Of a stretch of DNA of 64,000 nt, positions 34,953-46,923 are shown piece by piece. Source of the stretch: Emiliania huxleyi CCMP1516 (taxonomy: Eukaryota); NCBI RefSeq assembly GCF_000372725.1, contig NW_005202428.1, positions 1,039,331 to 1,103,330 on the forward strand, given 5' to 3'. Within the stretch, counting starts at the first letter, position 1. Each line of letters starts with the position of its first letter. The notes under the pieces are model-generated. The model saw only the letters and a list, made by a program, of their open reading frames with translations. It did no database searches and had not been told where the DNA came from. Made by a program: the position numbers and the translations under genes.

Positions 34953-36709
34953 TCAGAGGCGTATCGTATGCGAGAAGACGAGCAACCCCTGTGCGGAGCT
35001 GTTTGCGCCAGCGCGCCGTACGGTGGTGAAGAGCGTGTACCACCCTGTCTGCTCCGCGTGGAGAGGCACGTGAACGTGGAGGTGCGGCCCGAAACGAAAC
35101 TGGGAGTCATCTACGTTACGAGGGGACACCAGCCGTGGCTTCTCCTGAGCGCGCCCGAGCGCGCCATGGAGGTGCATGAGTTCCTCCGGCCCGCCGAGAA
35201 CGCCGTCCTCCGCGCGCCGCGGCGGCTGCCTCGCCAGCAGCACGTGGGCGGGAGCGCCGAGCCAGAGGGCGAGGTCGTCGATCGCCGCACCCTCCATCGT
35301 CAAGAAGAGGTACTCCACCACTGCTACGTCCGGGCTGTGTGCATAGACGGTCGCGTTGCTCTGCACGCACGCACCGCTACCGCTACCGCCGCCGCCGCCG
35401 CCGCCGCCCTCGCCGCCGCCAAGGCCGCCGCCAAGGCCGCCGCCAAGGCCGCCATGGCCGCACGGACGCTGCAGGTGGCGCATCGACGCGAGGAGCACCG
35501 GTGTTGTTTCCTGCTGCTGCAGCGGACGGACGCGCTGCAGCACCGAGGACAGCCCGTCCTCTGCTCCCTGCCCCGCATGCCGCGTGGCCGTGGAGGGCAG
35601 CCCGTCCTCTGCTCCGTGCCCCACATGCCGCGTGGCCACTGCAGCCGAGACTGGCCGGGCAGTGGGACTGCTCGTCCGACTCTGTGCGCCATCAACCGCG
35701 ACGAGTACCAAGATGGAGCTGCTCGGCACGTAGTTTGGCCGGGGCCTCGGAGGGCGGGTATGTTCATAGATGTGCCGCCACTCCGCCGCAAAGCCCGCCC
35801 TGAAGCGGTCGAGGTAGCTTCCTGCCTGCAGCCGCAGATCGGCACTGCTCGCATTGGCGAGGGCATTGAGCGCCGCCCTTGCCGGCTCGAACGCCGCGGC
35901 GCCGCTCAGGTTCGAGATGGCACGCCCCAGGACCGCACGCTCTTCAGCTGAGATCCACTCCCCGCCGAGGGCGCGCATGAGCACCTGCTCCATTCCCGTT
36001 TGAATCAGCGGCCCGGCGCGCTGCAGCCTTTCTTGGACGCGCGCGCCGCCCCCAAGGGCCGCGGCGACGACCAGGGAGGCGTGCACTCGCGAGGCGACCT
36101 CCGCTAGAGACGCTGGCCGCTCGCCCACGTATGGGTTCGGCGGCCCGTGGCTGTGCGCATTGGACTCGAGCGTGCACAGGTCCGCCGCGTCCGCGTTGAA
36201 CATGAACTCGACCGAGAGCGAGTACGGCTGGGCCACGGGCAGAGCCAAGTGCACCGTGAAGTGTGTCTGCTCGCCTTGCGGGGAGGCGAACGAGTCGGGG
36301 TGCGCGTGCGCGAACGCATCCATGTCGGCGCCAACAAAGACCATGTGCACCTTGGGAGCGTGAGGGAGGTGCTCCGACAGCTGGTCCCACCGAAGCCGTC
36401 GCCACTGCCGACGCTGCGTGCTGAAGACTTCAAGCACCACAGAAACGCTCGCCTCCGAACCGACTGGAACGGCGCGATAGGCCGCGGTGGTGTTCGCAGT
36501 CCATGCAGAGCCGCCAGCGGGCCCGGGTACCTCGTCCGTACCAACGAGCCGGGCACGCACAAAGTCGTTGGAATTGAAGCCGTGCGTGTTGCTCGGCGTG
36601 CACGCTTGCCGCTGACCGGCCTAGAGTCGGAGTCGAAGAGTTTGGTCGGGGGCAATCGAGCCGTTCCGAGCGGCGCTTGACTGCTCAGAACGAGTTGGGC
36701 AACCAGCAT
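34953..36709 (-). CDS. His-motif protein resembling bacterial secreted heavy-metal-binding proteins, two Ig-like modules
   Basis: KVHMVFVGADMDAFAHAHP and DLALWLGAPAHVLL...LMHLHG...GPHLHVHV...GWYTLF; ATG 36709 joins in phase via a short predicted GC-AG intron. Confidence 0.55.
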
Positions 36710-36860
36710 TTTAGTCCTGATCCTAGCGCAGCCACCAGTTTCTTCATTGGCGAGGACGTCCGAGTCGGGCGACTGGCGCCCGTGACCCCGCGGACCCCGC
36801 GACGCACGAGCCTGCACAGCCGCCGCCGTGACTGGAGCCAAACGCCTTTACAGCCGAGCC

Positions 36861-38078
36861 ATGATCTGTGATTGGCAGCGGCTCCCGCTCTTCCTCCTTT
36901 GGCTGGGTGCAGGGGCGACAAAGCCGCCTTGTGGAGAGTGCGATGCCGGGCTAGAGTGTGGCTACTGCCTCCAGTTGGTGAGCTGCACCTTTTGGGATGA
37001 GGCTTCGCCGTTCTGGGCGCCATCGCAATGCCACAGCCGGATGCACTACGGCGTCTGGTGCGAAGGGGACGGCCGCTGCGGCACCAAAGCGCCGGGCTTC
37101 ATGTCGAGCAGCGTGTGTGCTTCTGGCGCGATGTATGTGCGGATGGAATGCGATGTCATCCTGCAGCCGCCTCCCCCGCCGGGAATCTACTCGCGCAGTG
37201 CTCAGTTTGCGCTGGGACAAGGCGGCGGCGAGCGAGGACTCCCCGCGGATGCACCCGCCGTCGCCGTCGCCGTCACCTCTAGCCTCGCCAGCGCCGGCAT
37301 GGCAGTCGATCCAGAGCAAGTTTACGGGTTCGGTGCGGGCGATGCCGTGTCGATCATTGTGGTGGAGGCCATGGATGGGAGCGGCCCATCGGCCGAGGGC
37401 GTCGTGGCGGCTGCAGACAGCGACTCCTTCCTGGCGAGCGTGGGGAGCGAGCTGAGCGTGCCGGTGGTCTTCACAGCGAAGCCCGCCGTGGCGTGGACAG
37501 AGGTCCCCCCAAAGGGGCCGGGACCCACGTCGACGGCGCCGCCGCCGCCGCCGCCGCCGCCCTCGCCTGTCAACGTCCTCGTCGAGGCCCACCCTCCGCC
37601 CCCGCCGAGGACACCAGCCCCCGAAATCGGCATCACCTCGGAGTTTTACATGGCTTTGCTGCTTCCGCTGCTCCTCCCACGCCCATCGCGGCCGGTGATG
37701 TTTGCCCTCATCGTCGTGGCCGTGTGCTTGCCGATGCTCACCATCCTCCTCCTCCTCTGGATTTGCCCAGGCCCGTGCCACCTCGCAGTCAGCTCTGTCC
37801 CTAGCCCTCCTTTTGTCCCTCTGGGGCAAGCTGAGTGTCGCACCAACTGTTGGTGCACTAGGCGACGGCCTGACTCCCCGGGCGACATGCTGTGGCAGGA
37901 GGCGGCGCAAGACAGGCCGCAAGAAGGGCTGCTGCCCGACTCTGGCGTTTATGTGAGCGGTTCGGGGCTTCCGAGCTTTCGATTCCGTCGCGATGGGGGT
38001 ACCTACCGCCTCACGCTCACCCAACATCGTAAGCTGGCGTGTTGCGTGTTGCTCCGGAGTCCGGTGTGTGGATTATGA
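36861..38078 (+). CDS. Hypothetical type I membrane protein (signal peptide, Cys-rich domain, Pro-rich stalk, TM helix); 3' structure uncertain
   Basis: MICDWQRLPLFLLWLGAGA, CGECDAGLECGYC...WCEGDGRCGT, poly-Pro, VMFALIVVAVCLPMLTILLLLWI. Confidence 0.55.
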   Translation: MICDWQRLPLFLLWLGAGATKPPCGECDAGLECGYCLQLVSCTFWDEASPFWAPSQCHSRMHYGVWCEGDGRCGTKAPGFMSSSVCASGAMYVRMECDVILQPPPPPGIYSRSAQFALGQGGGERGLPADAPAVAVAVTSSLASAGMAVDPEQVYGFGAGDAVSIIVVEAMDGSGPSAEGVVAAADSDSFLASVGSELSVPVVFTAKPAVAWTEVPPKGPGPTSTAPPPPPPPPSPVNVLVEAHPPPPPRTPAPEIGITSEFYMALLLPLLLPRPSRPVMFALIVVAVCLPMLTILLLLWICPGPCHLAVSSVPSPPFVPLGQAECRTNCWCTRRRPDSPGDMLWQEAAQDRPQEGLLPDSGVYVSGSGLPSFRFRRDGGTYRLTLTQHRKLACCVLLRSPVCGL

Positions 38079-38424
38079 GATGTGGATTATCTTGAAAGCC
38101 AAAAATCGGCCTCGGACGCCTCCACCCTTCTCGCCTTCCAGCTTTTCCTTCCTGCCATCCTGGCTGTCCACTGAGCACTGTCCTGACTGGACCTGTGCTA
38201 AAGAAGTTGGTCGCCGTCTCCTCTGGAAAAGAGATAAAGAAGTCACCCTTTTCTTTTTCTAGCACCTGTGTCGAGCCTGTCTGCTGTGAGAGAGAGTTGT
38301 TTTCTTTAAATTCTTTTTCTAAACCCAACGAAAATTCTCTTCTGGAAATCGTGCTTAGCACGGACGCACGACGCAGCGCTTTCAACTTTTGCTTTCGGGA
38401 TCCCCCCGCGTTCAATCGCATGCG

Positions 38425-39608
38425 ATGCCCTGCGGGTACGATCTCGTACTCAGGGACCCGCCGTGCGCTCTCATCAAGCGCAGCAGCCTCTACTCCCCAA
38501 AGTGCAATCACACAGCACCGGCGCTTTTTCCACTTCTCGTCACCGCCACCGGGCGGAGCGGTGAGCCTGCAGCCATCACTGAAGTATGAATGAGTCCCAC
38601 CCTGAGGATCATTCTATTATACCCGTCTGCCCTCACCTCCGCCGCCCCCTCGCGTCCTGCTGCAACTTTCACGCTCAGTCACCCGCCCTGTCAGGCACGA
38701 GCTTCCTGGCAAGCCTGCTGCAGAGACTCGGGCTGCACGTGAGCCACGACAACAAAAAGGTGCGGACGGACGGCGCCGTCGCCTGGCCCCTCGCCTTCAA
38801 CGCCCAGCCCCATGGCGGAGGCGTCTGCATGTTTCCGCGCTTTGCGCACCCGCTGCGAGGCCCGATGGATAGCGAGCACCAGGCGAGACCGAGAGCCGAG
38901 ACCGAGCCGAGATTAAGCTGTGCTCTAGCGAAGCCCCTCCGCCTGCCCGATCGACGGTAATCCTTGCCCGCCCTCGCCAAGAATCTCCTCTTCCACCACG
39001 TCGCGCATTTGATCCGCTCGCCGCTTCCATCCATCGACTCACGCTTCAACGACGGCAACCTCGCCGGGCCCGTCGTTCTCGAGTTTCTGCGGTGCAACAC
39101 GGCGGTCAATGCGACTGCCGATTCGTCCCGCGGAGGGACCCTCCGCGAGACGTTGCAGCACTGGGTTCTGTGGAACACCTTCGCGGAGGCGACGGCGGAG
39201 CGGCATCTCGCGATCGAGCGGATGAGTGGGAGTGCGCTGCTGCCTTTGCTGCGCGAGGCAAAGATTGCCCGCTCGCTCACGGCGTTGCAGATCGACGAGG
39301 CGCTGCACCGGACGCCGAAAACGATGAACAGTGGCTACACAAAAAAGTCGGCCCTGCGCTGGGCCAACCTGACGGCGGTCGACCCCGACTTTGCTTTGAT
39401 GGCGCAGATGGTGGCGCTGCGGCACGGCTATGGGCTCGGCGAGAGCCAACTGCTCCCAGGCCTTCGGTCGGAGACAGGGAGGTGCCCGCAGCAGCACTGC
39501 GGCTTCAACGAGCAGGGAAAGTGGGCGTGCCACCTCGTGTGGTCTCGCCCGCGGGGACGGACAGAGATGCACGCGGATGTGAGGCGTGCAGAGGGAAAAA
39601 GTTCTTAA
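38425..39608 (+). CDS. Sulfotransferase-family protein, spliced
   Basis: Removing the GT-AG intron ~38561-38694 gives LLVTATGRSGTSFLASLLQRLGL (5'-PSB loop); later HLIRSPLPSIDS (3'-PB) and LQHWVLWN...LAIE. Confidence 0.7.
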
Positions 39609-40219
39609 GGTCTCGGGAGGACTCTTGGTTCCGAGTTCGTGTCTGTTTTGTTTTAGCGCAATACGCACGGGACTGACGCGCACTTGCACGGACCCACACA
39701 TGAGCAACATGAGGCGCACCACAGCGGTCAGCGCACGGGAGAGATCACGGGTACAAGGCGCAGGAGCGGTCTGGAGGGCGTATGTCATAGCGGTATGTCA
39801 CCGTTGTGTGTCGCCTGACAGCCCCCCGGCTGCGCCCTGGCGTCCGATGCCATCTTAATCCCGGGGTGGTGCTGCGTTGTGTGTGTGACTGGAAGGGCTT
39901 CTTGGAGAATTCTTTTACGTTGTATAAATAAATAGAGCAGTTGTCACCTCCAGGAGAGATGGGCGACGCATGTTGTGCCAGTGGGTGAAATTCTCAAAAA
40001 GGTGCAGCACTTCTAGCCGACATCGACAAAAGTCCCTCTCTAGCCCCGCGGCGAGCGGCCCCGCCGGAGGCGAAGAAAATTTCGCCATCTAGCGCTCGCA
40101 ACACACAGATTTGTGCATAAATCAACACACTCCAACTCAAGCTCAATAAAGACTGGTCTTCGGGGGAGTGACGGATAAAGGCGTGCGAAAGAGCTATGAA
40201 TTCGAAAGCAGCGAAAGTA

Positions 40220-40971
40220 ATGGCCCGCCGCAGGGTTTTGGGTCCCCTACGCCAAAGAACTCGAGGCCCAGGATTTCGGCGGGCGCGCCAACGAGGCACG
40301 CGGCTTCGCGCTGCCTGTATGCTCGCGCTGGTAACACCGTTGCTGTGGCCGTCTTCGTCCGTATTGTACACCGAGCTGGCGCCACAGCAGAGTACAACAA
40401 CGGCTCGGACGAGCTGCTCCACGGTACTACAATCATCAGAGGGCCCGGCAAGGTCCACGGCGGAGCTGGCGGTGGTGGCAGTGGTGGTAGGAACGAAGGC
40501 GCCGCTGTCGGCGATTCACCGCCGTTCGTTCCCGTCTCTCAAAGCAGGTTACACCGTCGATGCGCACATCGAGGCGCTCGTGGACGAGAGAGACGTCGCC
40601 TCCTCTTTCGTCCCGGGGCACTGTTCATGGATCACGCCGGAAGGCACCGCCAAGTACATTAGCCTTCATCTCTCCTACCGCCGGCCGGGAGTGCAACCGC
40701 CACCAGTGAGATTGTCCTCGACTTTGGCACCTGCGAAGTAATGAACAACAGGCAGTACGTCATATGGCGCTATGATAGCCCTGCGGTGGACGTCCTCGAT
40801 GCAGACGAGGCGGAGCTCATCTGCGCGGCGCAGATCGCCGACTGTCTCTCTCTCCCTGCGCGAGTAGTTGCACCACCCTGGATGAGGCATCTGGGCTGGG
40901 GCAGGGCCGTTAGTAGAGGAGGTGGACTGAGGGCGCGAGGCCACCAATCGTCAAAGTCTGCTGCTGGCTGA
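40220..40971 (+). CDS. Hypothetical protein or pseudogene
   Basis: Two adjacent ORFs with protein-like composition; no motif recognised. Confidence 0.25.
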
Positions 40972-41383
40972 CTGTCGGTCACTGACTGAGCAATGTCCCA
41001 ATGAGCAATCGCATCGGCGGTTTCACGCTCACAATCGGGTTACATCGAGGTCTCTGTGCGGGATGTGCTGGGGGGCTGCCCCCCAGTCGATTGCCGCAAA
41101 GTTCGTCGATGTAACCCTACCAGAAAGCTGTATTCACACCTACCCTCCCAGAAAAGAAATATCCCTGGTTTTGTCGAAGATCCGGCGGGTTTATCGGAGC
41201 ATCACCCCAGTGTGCTGTGCGCGCGGCCGAATTCCTTTATCCGCGACGTGGGCCGGACGGCGCCCCGTCGTCTGGACAGGTGAGCAGGTTTTTGCTCGCC
41301 TTCCCTGGGACTCTGTGCGATTTCGGGCCCGGAGTTGTGCGTTTACGTGAGAGGAGACAGGCTTGATTTACCCGAGGCATCGA

Positions 41384-41913
41384 ATGGTGCTCTGTCTCTT
41401 GCACGTCACGAGCGCAGTCGCGCCACTACTGGCCTCGAAGCTGCTGCGCCGCACCGCGCGAAGCGCAGTGGGGCTGCAGTATGGCAACTATGAGTCGGTG
41501 CAAGGCGTCGGCTATGAGTCGCCGCAAGGATACCTCGAGCAGCCGGTCCTTGCCCTGGACGGGGCCGTCGGGGTTACCGGCTTTGCGTACTCGATGCAGG
41601 CACACGACAGGTACCTGCACCTGCCGTACGTGCTGCGCTTGGGAGAGGAGCAGGTGCTGAGCCGCTGGAATATGGTGAGGCAGAAGCTCACGGTCTCTCG
41701 AGAGCAGTGCAAGGTTGCAGTGGCCGCGGACGGCGCTGCTTTGCTCCTCTCCACCGGCCGTGGCCCGACGATGTGGCGCTCGAGGGCGGCCTCGGAGTGG
41801 CCCTGCGGGCCATGGAACGCGCTGTACAACGGCCAGGTGCGCGTGATCGAAGATGGCGACCAGCTCAGCTTGGACTGCAACGACCCGGACGACGCGGTCT
41901 TCACCTGCCACGT

Positions 41914-41981
<68 letters not shown>

Positions 41982-42109
41982 GCTATGCCGCGCCACAAGG
42001 CCACACGCTGCCTGCCGGCTGGACGGCTGGGCTCGATGAGGCAACCGGCGGCACCTACTACTACAACGAGAGGACCGGCGAGTCGCAGTGGGAGTTCCCG
42101 CAGTATTAG
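41384..42109 (+). CDS. FHA-like + polyQ + WW protein with hydrophobic N-terminal presequence
   Basis: EQVLSRWNM...TVSREQCKVAV...IEDGDQLSL (FHA-like), Q22, LPAGWTAGLDEATGGTYYYNERTGESQWEFP. Confidence 0.7.
41915..41980 (+). repeat. (CAG)n coding trinucleotide repeat
   Basis: 22 Gln codons, one CAA interruption. Confidence 0.95.
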
Positions 42110-42400
42110 ATCAGGGCCTTGGCCCTGCGCGGCGGCCGCGCGTTTTCTTCTCTTCTTTACACTGACGGAAGAGTGAAATTATATGTGAATGTGCCGGTTT
42201 CCGATTCGTTTCCGATTCGTTTCCGCAGTTCCCCGTCCCTGACGAAATCTTTGCGCTCTCCTTAATTACATAGCTCATAGGCAATTATAACACCCGCGTC
42301 TTTTGGTTTTGCCTTTCTGACTCTGGACTCTGAGCACTGAGGTATCACTCTATCACATCCATTCGTCCGCTCCATCTCGACGACACGCTGCAATCGGCGT

Positions 42401-43755
42401 TCACGTCGGCTCCAACCCGCCCCCGGCTCCGCCCGCCGCCGCCAGAGCGCTGCTCCCGCCTCCCTCCGCCAAGAGCCCTCGTGCCAGCCGCGCCTTCTCC
42501 GCGTCCACGAAATCGAGCCTGCGATCACAGGTCGGATGACTGTGAAGAGACGGCTGTTCGCAGCGGTCCTTTTGCTCAGCAAAAGGGCCCGGCCCGCTCC
42601 CGTCCTCGCCACGAACCCTCTGCTCTCGTGCATCCGGAGTAATCTTGGGGTAATCTCGAGGGGAACCCTTGGCGATCTCGGGTCCTCTCGCGAACCTGTT
42701 TCGCCACGCCTCCTCCAGCAGCGCCGAGACGTGCGCCTGGCAGCGTGGACGCGGCGATGAGGGCAGCGATGAGGGCGGCGGTGGCGGCGATGAGGGCAGC
42801 GATGAGGGCGGCGACGAGGGCGGCGGTGGCGGCGGTCAGGGCGGAGGTAGCAAGGAGGAGAGAGAAGGCAGGGAGGAGAGAGGAGGCAGGGAAGGGAGAG
42901 GCAGGGAAGGGAGAGGCAGGGAGGGGCGAGGAGGCATGGACAGCGCGAGCCTTGAAGTCGTCGCGCTTGAGCGCCTACGGGTGTCAGCCGATTTCATCAC
43001 CAGGGTCTCATCCTTCGGCGAGGGCGGAGGCGGCGAGGGCGGAGGCGGCGAGGGCGGAAGCGGCGAGGGCGGAGGCGGCGAGGGCGGAGGCGGCGAGGGC
43101 GGAGGCGGCGAGGGCGGAGGCGGGCTCGGTAGCGGAGGAGGCGTCGAGAGCGGGGGAGGGCGGAGGCTGCGCGGTTGGTAAGAGCGGAGGCGCAGGCCAG
43201 TTGGCGCCTAGTGCAATCTCATGCAGTCTCGGAGGGTCTCGGGGCACCTCGCGGAAGGGCGCGAGCCGCAGCAGCTCGAGCATCTGCGGCGCGCGGAGCA
43301 GGCATGTGCGGTGGTTCTATGGCTCTGTGGACCTCGTGCCCGAGCCATTCGTGATCCGTGTGTGTGCACGTGTGCGGTCGTCCGTGCGAGGACGTGCAAA
43401 GAGGAGAGTGAAGACTGGCTGTGTGCCGAGCGAGCGCTGTCGCCGTCTGTGTGTGTGCATTCGTCTCTCATCCGAGCGGCGCGCATGCAGACAATGCGGG
43501 AAGGAGAGCAGCGCCGCGTACTCTGGCCGCCGCCAGTACTCGAGGTAGCCGAGGTACCGGCAGAAGGACTCGTCGTCGAGAAGCCGGGTCTGGGCAAGGT
43601 CTGCAGCGCGGGCACGGCGTGGGTGATTTATGGCTGCGAGGCGGGCGGTGGTACTCGGCGTGCGCACGGTGCAAGTAGTCTGGATTGGCGAGCCTTTGCA
43701 CGAACTCGAGCTCGGCCTCGAGCCGAGCGGTGGAAGCCGCGCTACGAACTGACAT
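42401..43755 (-). CDS. MED31: Mediator subunit 31 (SOH1), about 6 exons
   Basis: RLEAELEFVQRLANPDYLH|DLAQTRLLDDESFCRYLGYLEYWRRPEYAALLSFPHCLH|MLELLRLAPFRE|ALKRDDFK|AHVSALLEEAWRNR|... Confidence 0.92.
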
Positions 43756-43808
43756 CGGCCAGGGGAAAGGTCGAAATGCTCCGGCACGAAAAAGAAAACG
43801 ATATTCCT

Positions 43809-43866
43809 TACCGCGTTGGTGTCCAGTCCGAGCCTGGCTGTTCTTCACCTTCCTAACTAACTAACT
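43809..43866 (+). repeat. Second copy of the 43-bp repeat plus (CTAA)n tail, just upstream of the MED31 ATG
   Basis: Identical to the reverse complement of 17043-17085. Confidence 0.9.
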
Positions 43867-45091
43867 GTGTTCTCGAGGTTCTCGAGGTGGATATCCATTG
43901 GTGTGACGCCCCTTACGCGATCCACGCAGGCATATATGTTTTCTGGCGGCCGACCGTCAGTGCACGGAGTTGCCCCTTCTCAGACTGCCCCGGCTAGTTC
44001 CCGAGGTCGTCGGGTGTGACCCCTTCGTCCCCCGACCCCCGAGACCTAGCGCGGGTGGGTTGGAGGGGGCTCGCTGCAAGGAAGGGCGGTGTAAGTAGCC
44101 GATCCCCGCAGTCCGCCCCGTTCCTCCCCATCGGGCCGCGTGAGCGGCCTCGCCTGTCGCCTCGCAGATTCGTTTCTCGCGCCTGGGTCAGGCGCGCGGG
44201 GCATCCCCCGGGTCGCTCGACCAGCGATCCGAGGAGTGGCCGCTATGAGAGGGAAAGAGCGGGGCCCTCGGGGTACGCCTCCGTCCGGCCCCCTCCGAGG
44301 CGCGAGGGGGGAAGGGAATTGCAGGGTCCCCTCGGGCGCCTCTCTTCGGCCCTCCGCAATGAGTGTGTGTGTGTGTGTTTCGTATCAAGAATACTCAGAT
44401 CACTCACTGTGTGAGTGTTAGAGTTGTTTGGTATTGCTAAAAATCTCTCTCTCTCACTGTGCCAACGAGGGGCACAGTGCAACACACCAGAGACCACACA
44501 GCCGAGAACACGTGTGTTCTCACATTTCACACCTCGAAAGTGCTGTCATGACTCATCTCGCGGTTGTGACGCGGTTTTTGTCACCCCGCCCCGTCCACAC
44601 GTTGGTCGTGCACGTATACAATACGCAAGCCCGGCCCCGGAAAAGAGGCTGCCCCGCGTTCCGAACCGCGCTCCCGCGGCTCACACGATATGGCTCGTGT
44701 GAGAGGCTGAGATTATTAGGTCAAGCTTAAGCGTTTTAACATTTAACGCGTCCTGCCACCGCGCACCGGGGACCCCCGCGGCCGATAGCAACAAAAAATT
44801 GCGAGCAACGAGCGTCTCCCCGAGTCCAACGAGTTTGATTAGGATGATCACGAGTACTGATGGGATGATCACGCACACCATCAACCAATCTCAAGCACCC
44901 ACGCACCGCCAAGGCAAGCGACCGCTCTATAAATTATCTGTCCGCCCGTGGGGCGAGTAGTGCGGCAAAGTTAGGCGGAGGGGCGCAGCGGGGCCGCATG
45001 GGCCAGCCGCGGGACAATATCATCCCTCCGCGTCCACGCATCTGGAGTTCACAAGGCACGCGCAATGCAGCGTCGCACGCGGCCGACGCCC

Positions 45092-46384
45092 TTACTTCGC
45101 GGGCGACGCCTTTGGCGGCGACTTTGGCGGCGGCACTCCCGACTTCGCCGGCCATGCAGGCCACTCCTCCAGCGCCGGCGCAGTCCCGCCGTACTGCGCC
45201 GGCAGCTGCGCCGGGTCAATCAGGCTGTGCAGGTGCTCTCTCGCGCGCTTGGGCTCCCCCGCCGAGATGATTTGGACCTTCGCCTTGGTCTTCTCGTCCA
45301 GCCACGCGCTCACGATCTTCCACACAAACGCGAGCGATGCGGGCGCGTTGATGATGACAAACCCGCCGAGCCGCTCTGGGTAGTGGTCGGCGTCGATATT
45401 TGCCATGCTCTTGAGCACCTTGAGCGCCACCCGGTCCATCTGCGTGGGCGAGAAGCCCTTGGCATCGCAGATGATGAGCCACTGCTCTGCTCCAACCTCG
45501 TTCAGCCGGCGTGTGTACTGCTCGTTCACCCACCTACCAGGAGAGCACGAGGTGTGATAGGCGACTTCGCCGTGTGCACACTTGACCGGCAATATGCGCG
45601 TCTTTTCGAGCAGGCGTGTGGGGGCAGGTGGTAAGGTGGGGGGGGGGGGGGGGCACCAGTTGTAGTCGCAGAGCTGGTCGAGCGTGATGTTCGTCGAGTT
45701 GAGCAGCCGCGAGAAATAGACGTGGCCAAAGTGCTTGATGATGACCGGGCGGCCTCTGCGGTCGAGGCAGGGCGGGTTTTCGTGCGGTAGGAATGCCTTG
45801 AGCTTGGCCACCTCGCACCCGAGCACCGCATCCGCGTCCTCGCCGCTCCGCTCCTCAATTCGGTGCTTCCGGCGCCACGCCAAATCAGCCTGCAACCGGA
45901 GGCGGTGCCAGTGAGGAAGAAGAGTACGAAGTCGCCCAGGGGAACGGGGGGGGGGGGGGAGACGGCGTCACGCGAGGCGCGGGCGGGCAGGGGAGGGGCC
46001 CGCAGTCGATGCCTGCAGGAAGTCGGACGACTTGCCCACGTGGAGCTTGCGGGCTCGCAGCCAGCGGAGAAGGTCAGCGCGGCTGAGGTGGGCGATACAC
46101 TCGCCCCGCCGCTCCATCTCGGCACGCAGCCCTGCGAGCGCCCTCTCCTCCGGCGTATCGGGCACGGCAGGGCAAGGTCTTGCAGGCGGCGGCGGCGCGA
46201 CGCTGCCGGCATCCGAGGAAGAGGGTGCCGAGTCGGTCTCGTCCAATTCCGCGGCGACCACGTCCAGCTCGAGTGGCTTAGCAACGGCCACCGACGTCGC
46301 CCCCGCCCCGTTAACGCCCACACCCAGCGGCTGAGGCGTGCCATTCTCCTTGTGCGCCTCTGGAGATTCCGCAGATGGGGGCAT
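45092..46384 (-). CDS. CRAL-TRIO (SEC14-like) lipid-binding protein, 3 exons
   Basis: DLLRWLRARK...LAWRR, LDRRGRPVII, IICDAKG, HYPERLGGFVIINAP...VWKIVSAWLDEKTKAKV, QLPAQYGG. Confidence 0.92.
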
Positions 46385-46923
46385 CTAAAACAAGAAATTA
46401 TTTCTCACGCAGCCGGTTTATAAGTAAAACGGAGAGGCCAAGCGAGGTCCGAGGAGGAGGACAGGGTCCCCACCTGCACGAGCAGGATTTTGGAAGGACG
46501 ATCAGGGGGACAGGTGGGTGGGCTCTCCTGCTCCTGACAAGGGCCAGTGAAAGAAAGAAAGAAAGAAAACAGACAACGCAAGGGAGGGATGGGCAAGTAA
46601 AGAAAGAAAGAAAACAGACAAGCCAAGGGAGGGATGGGAGGACGGCACGCCGCCACCACACAGGGATTTTAAGGAGAGGGGTGTGGTGCGCTAGCCGTCG
46701 CCCACCCTTGGGCGTCCGCCTCTTCCTATCTCTCTTCGCAGTCTCTCGCCGATTCTCGCTGCAACCTTCATGCCACCTCGCGGTCGTCCCACTCTCGTCG
46801 TTCTTTCCCTTGTCGCCCTTGTCGCTTCTTCTTCTGTCGCGTCGCTCTCTTCTGCCTCGTCCTGCGACGCCGGGATGGGCAATAAATAAATAAATAGAGC
46901 AGTCATCTCCAGGGAGGGATCGG

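Noticed and set aside
42669..43548. Gly/Glu-rich and AARAE-repeat ORFs on the + strand
   Set aside because: They are antisense readings of tandem repeats within MED31 introns
43890..44600. Possible solo LTR or structured RNA in the MED31/CRAL-TRIO intergenic region
   Set aside because: No second copy, TSD, PBS or PPT identified; hairpins are not distinguishable from GC-rich background
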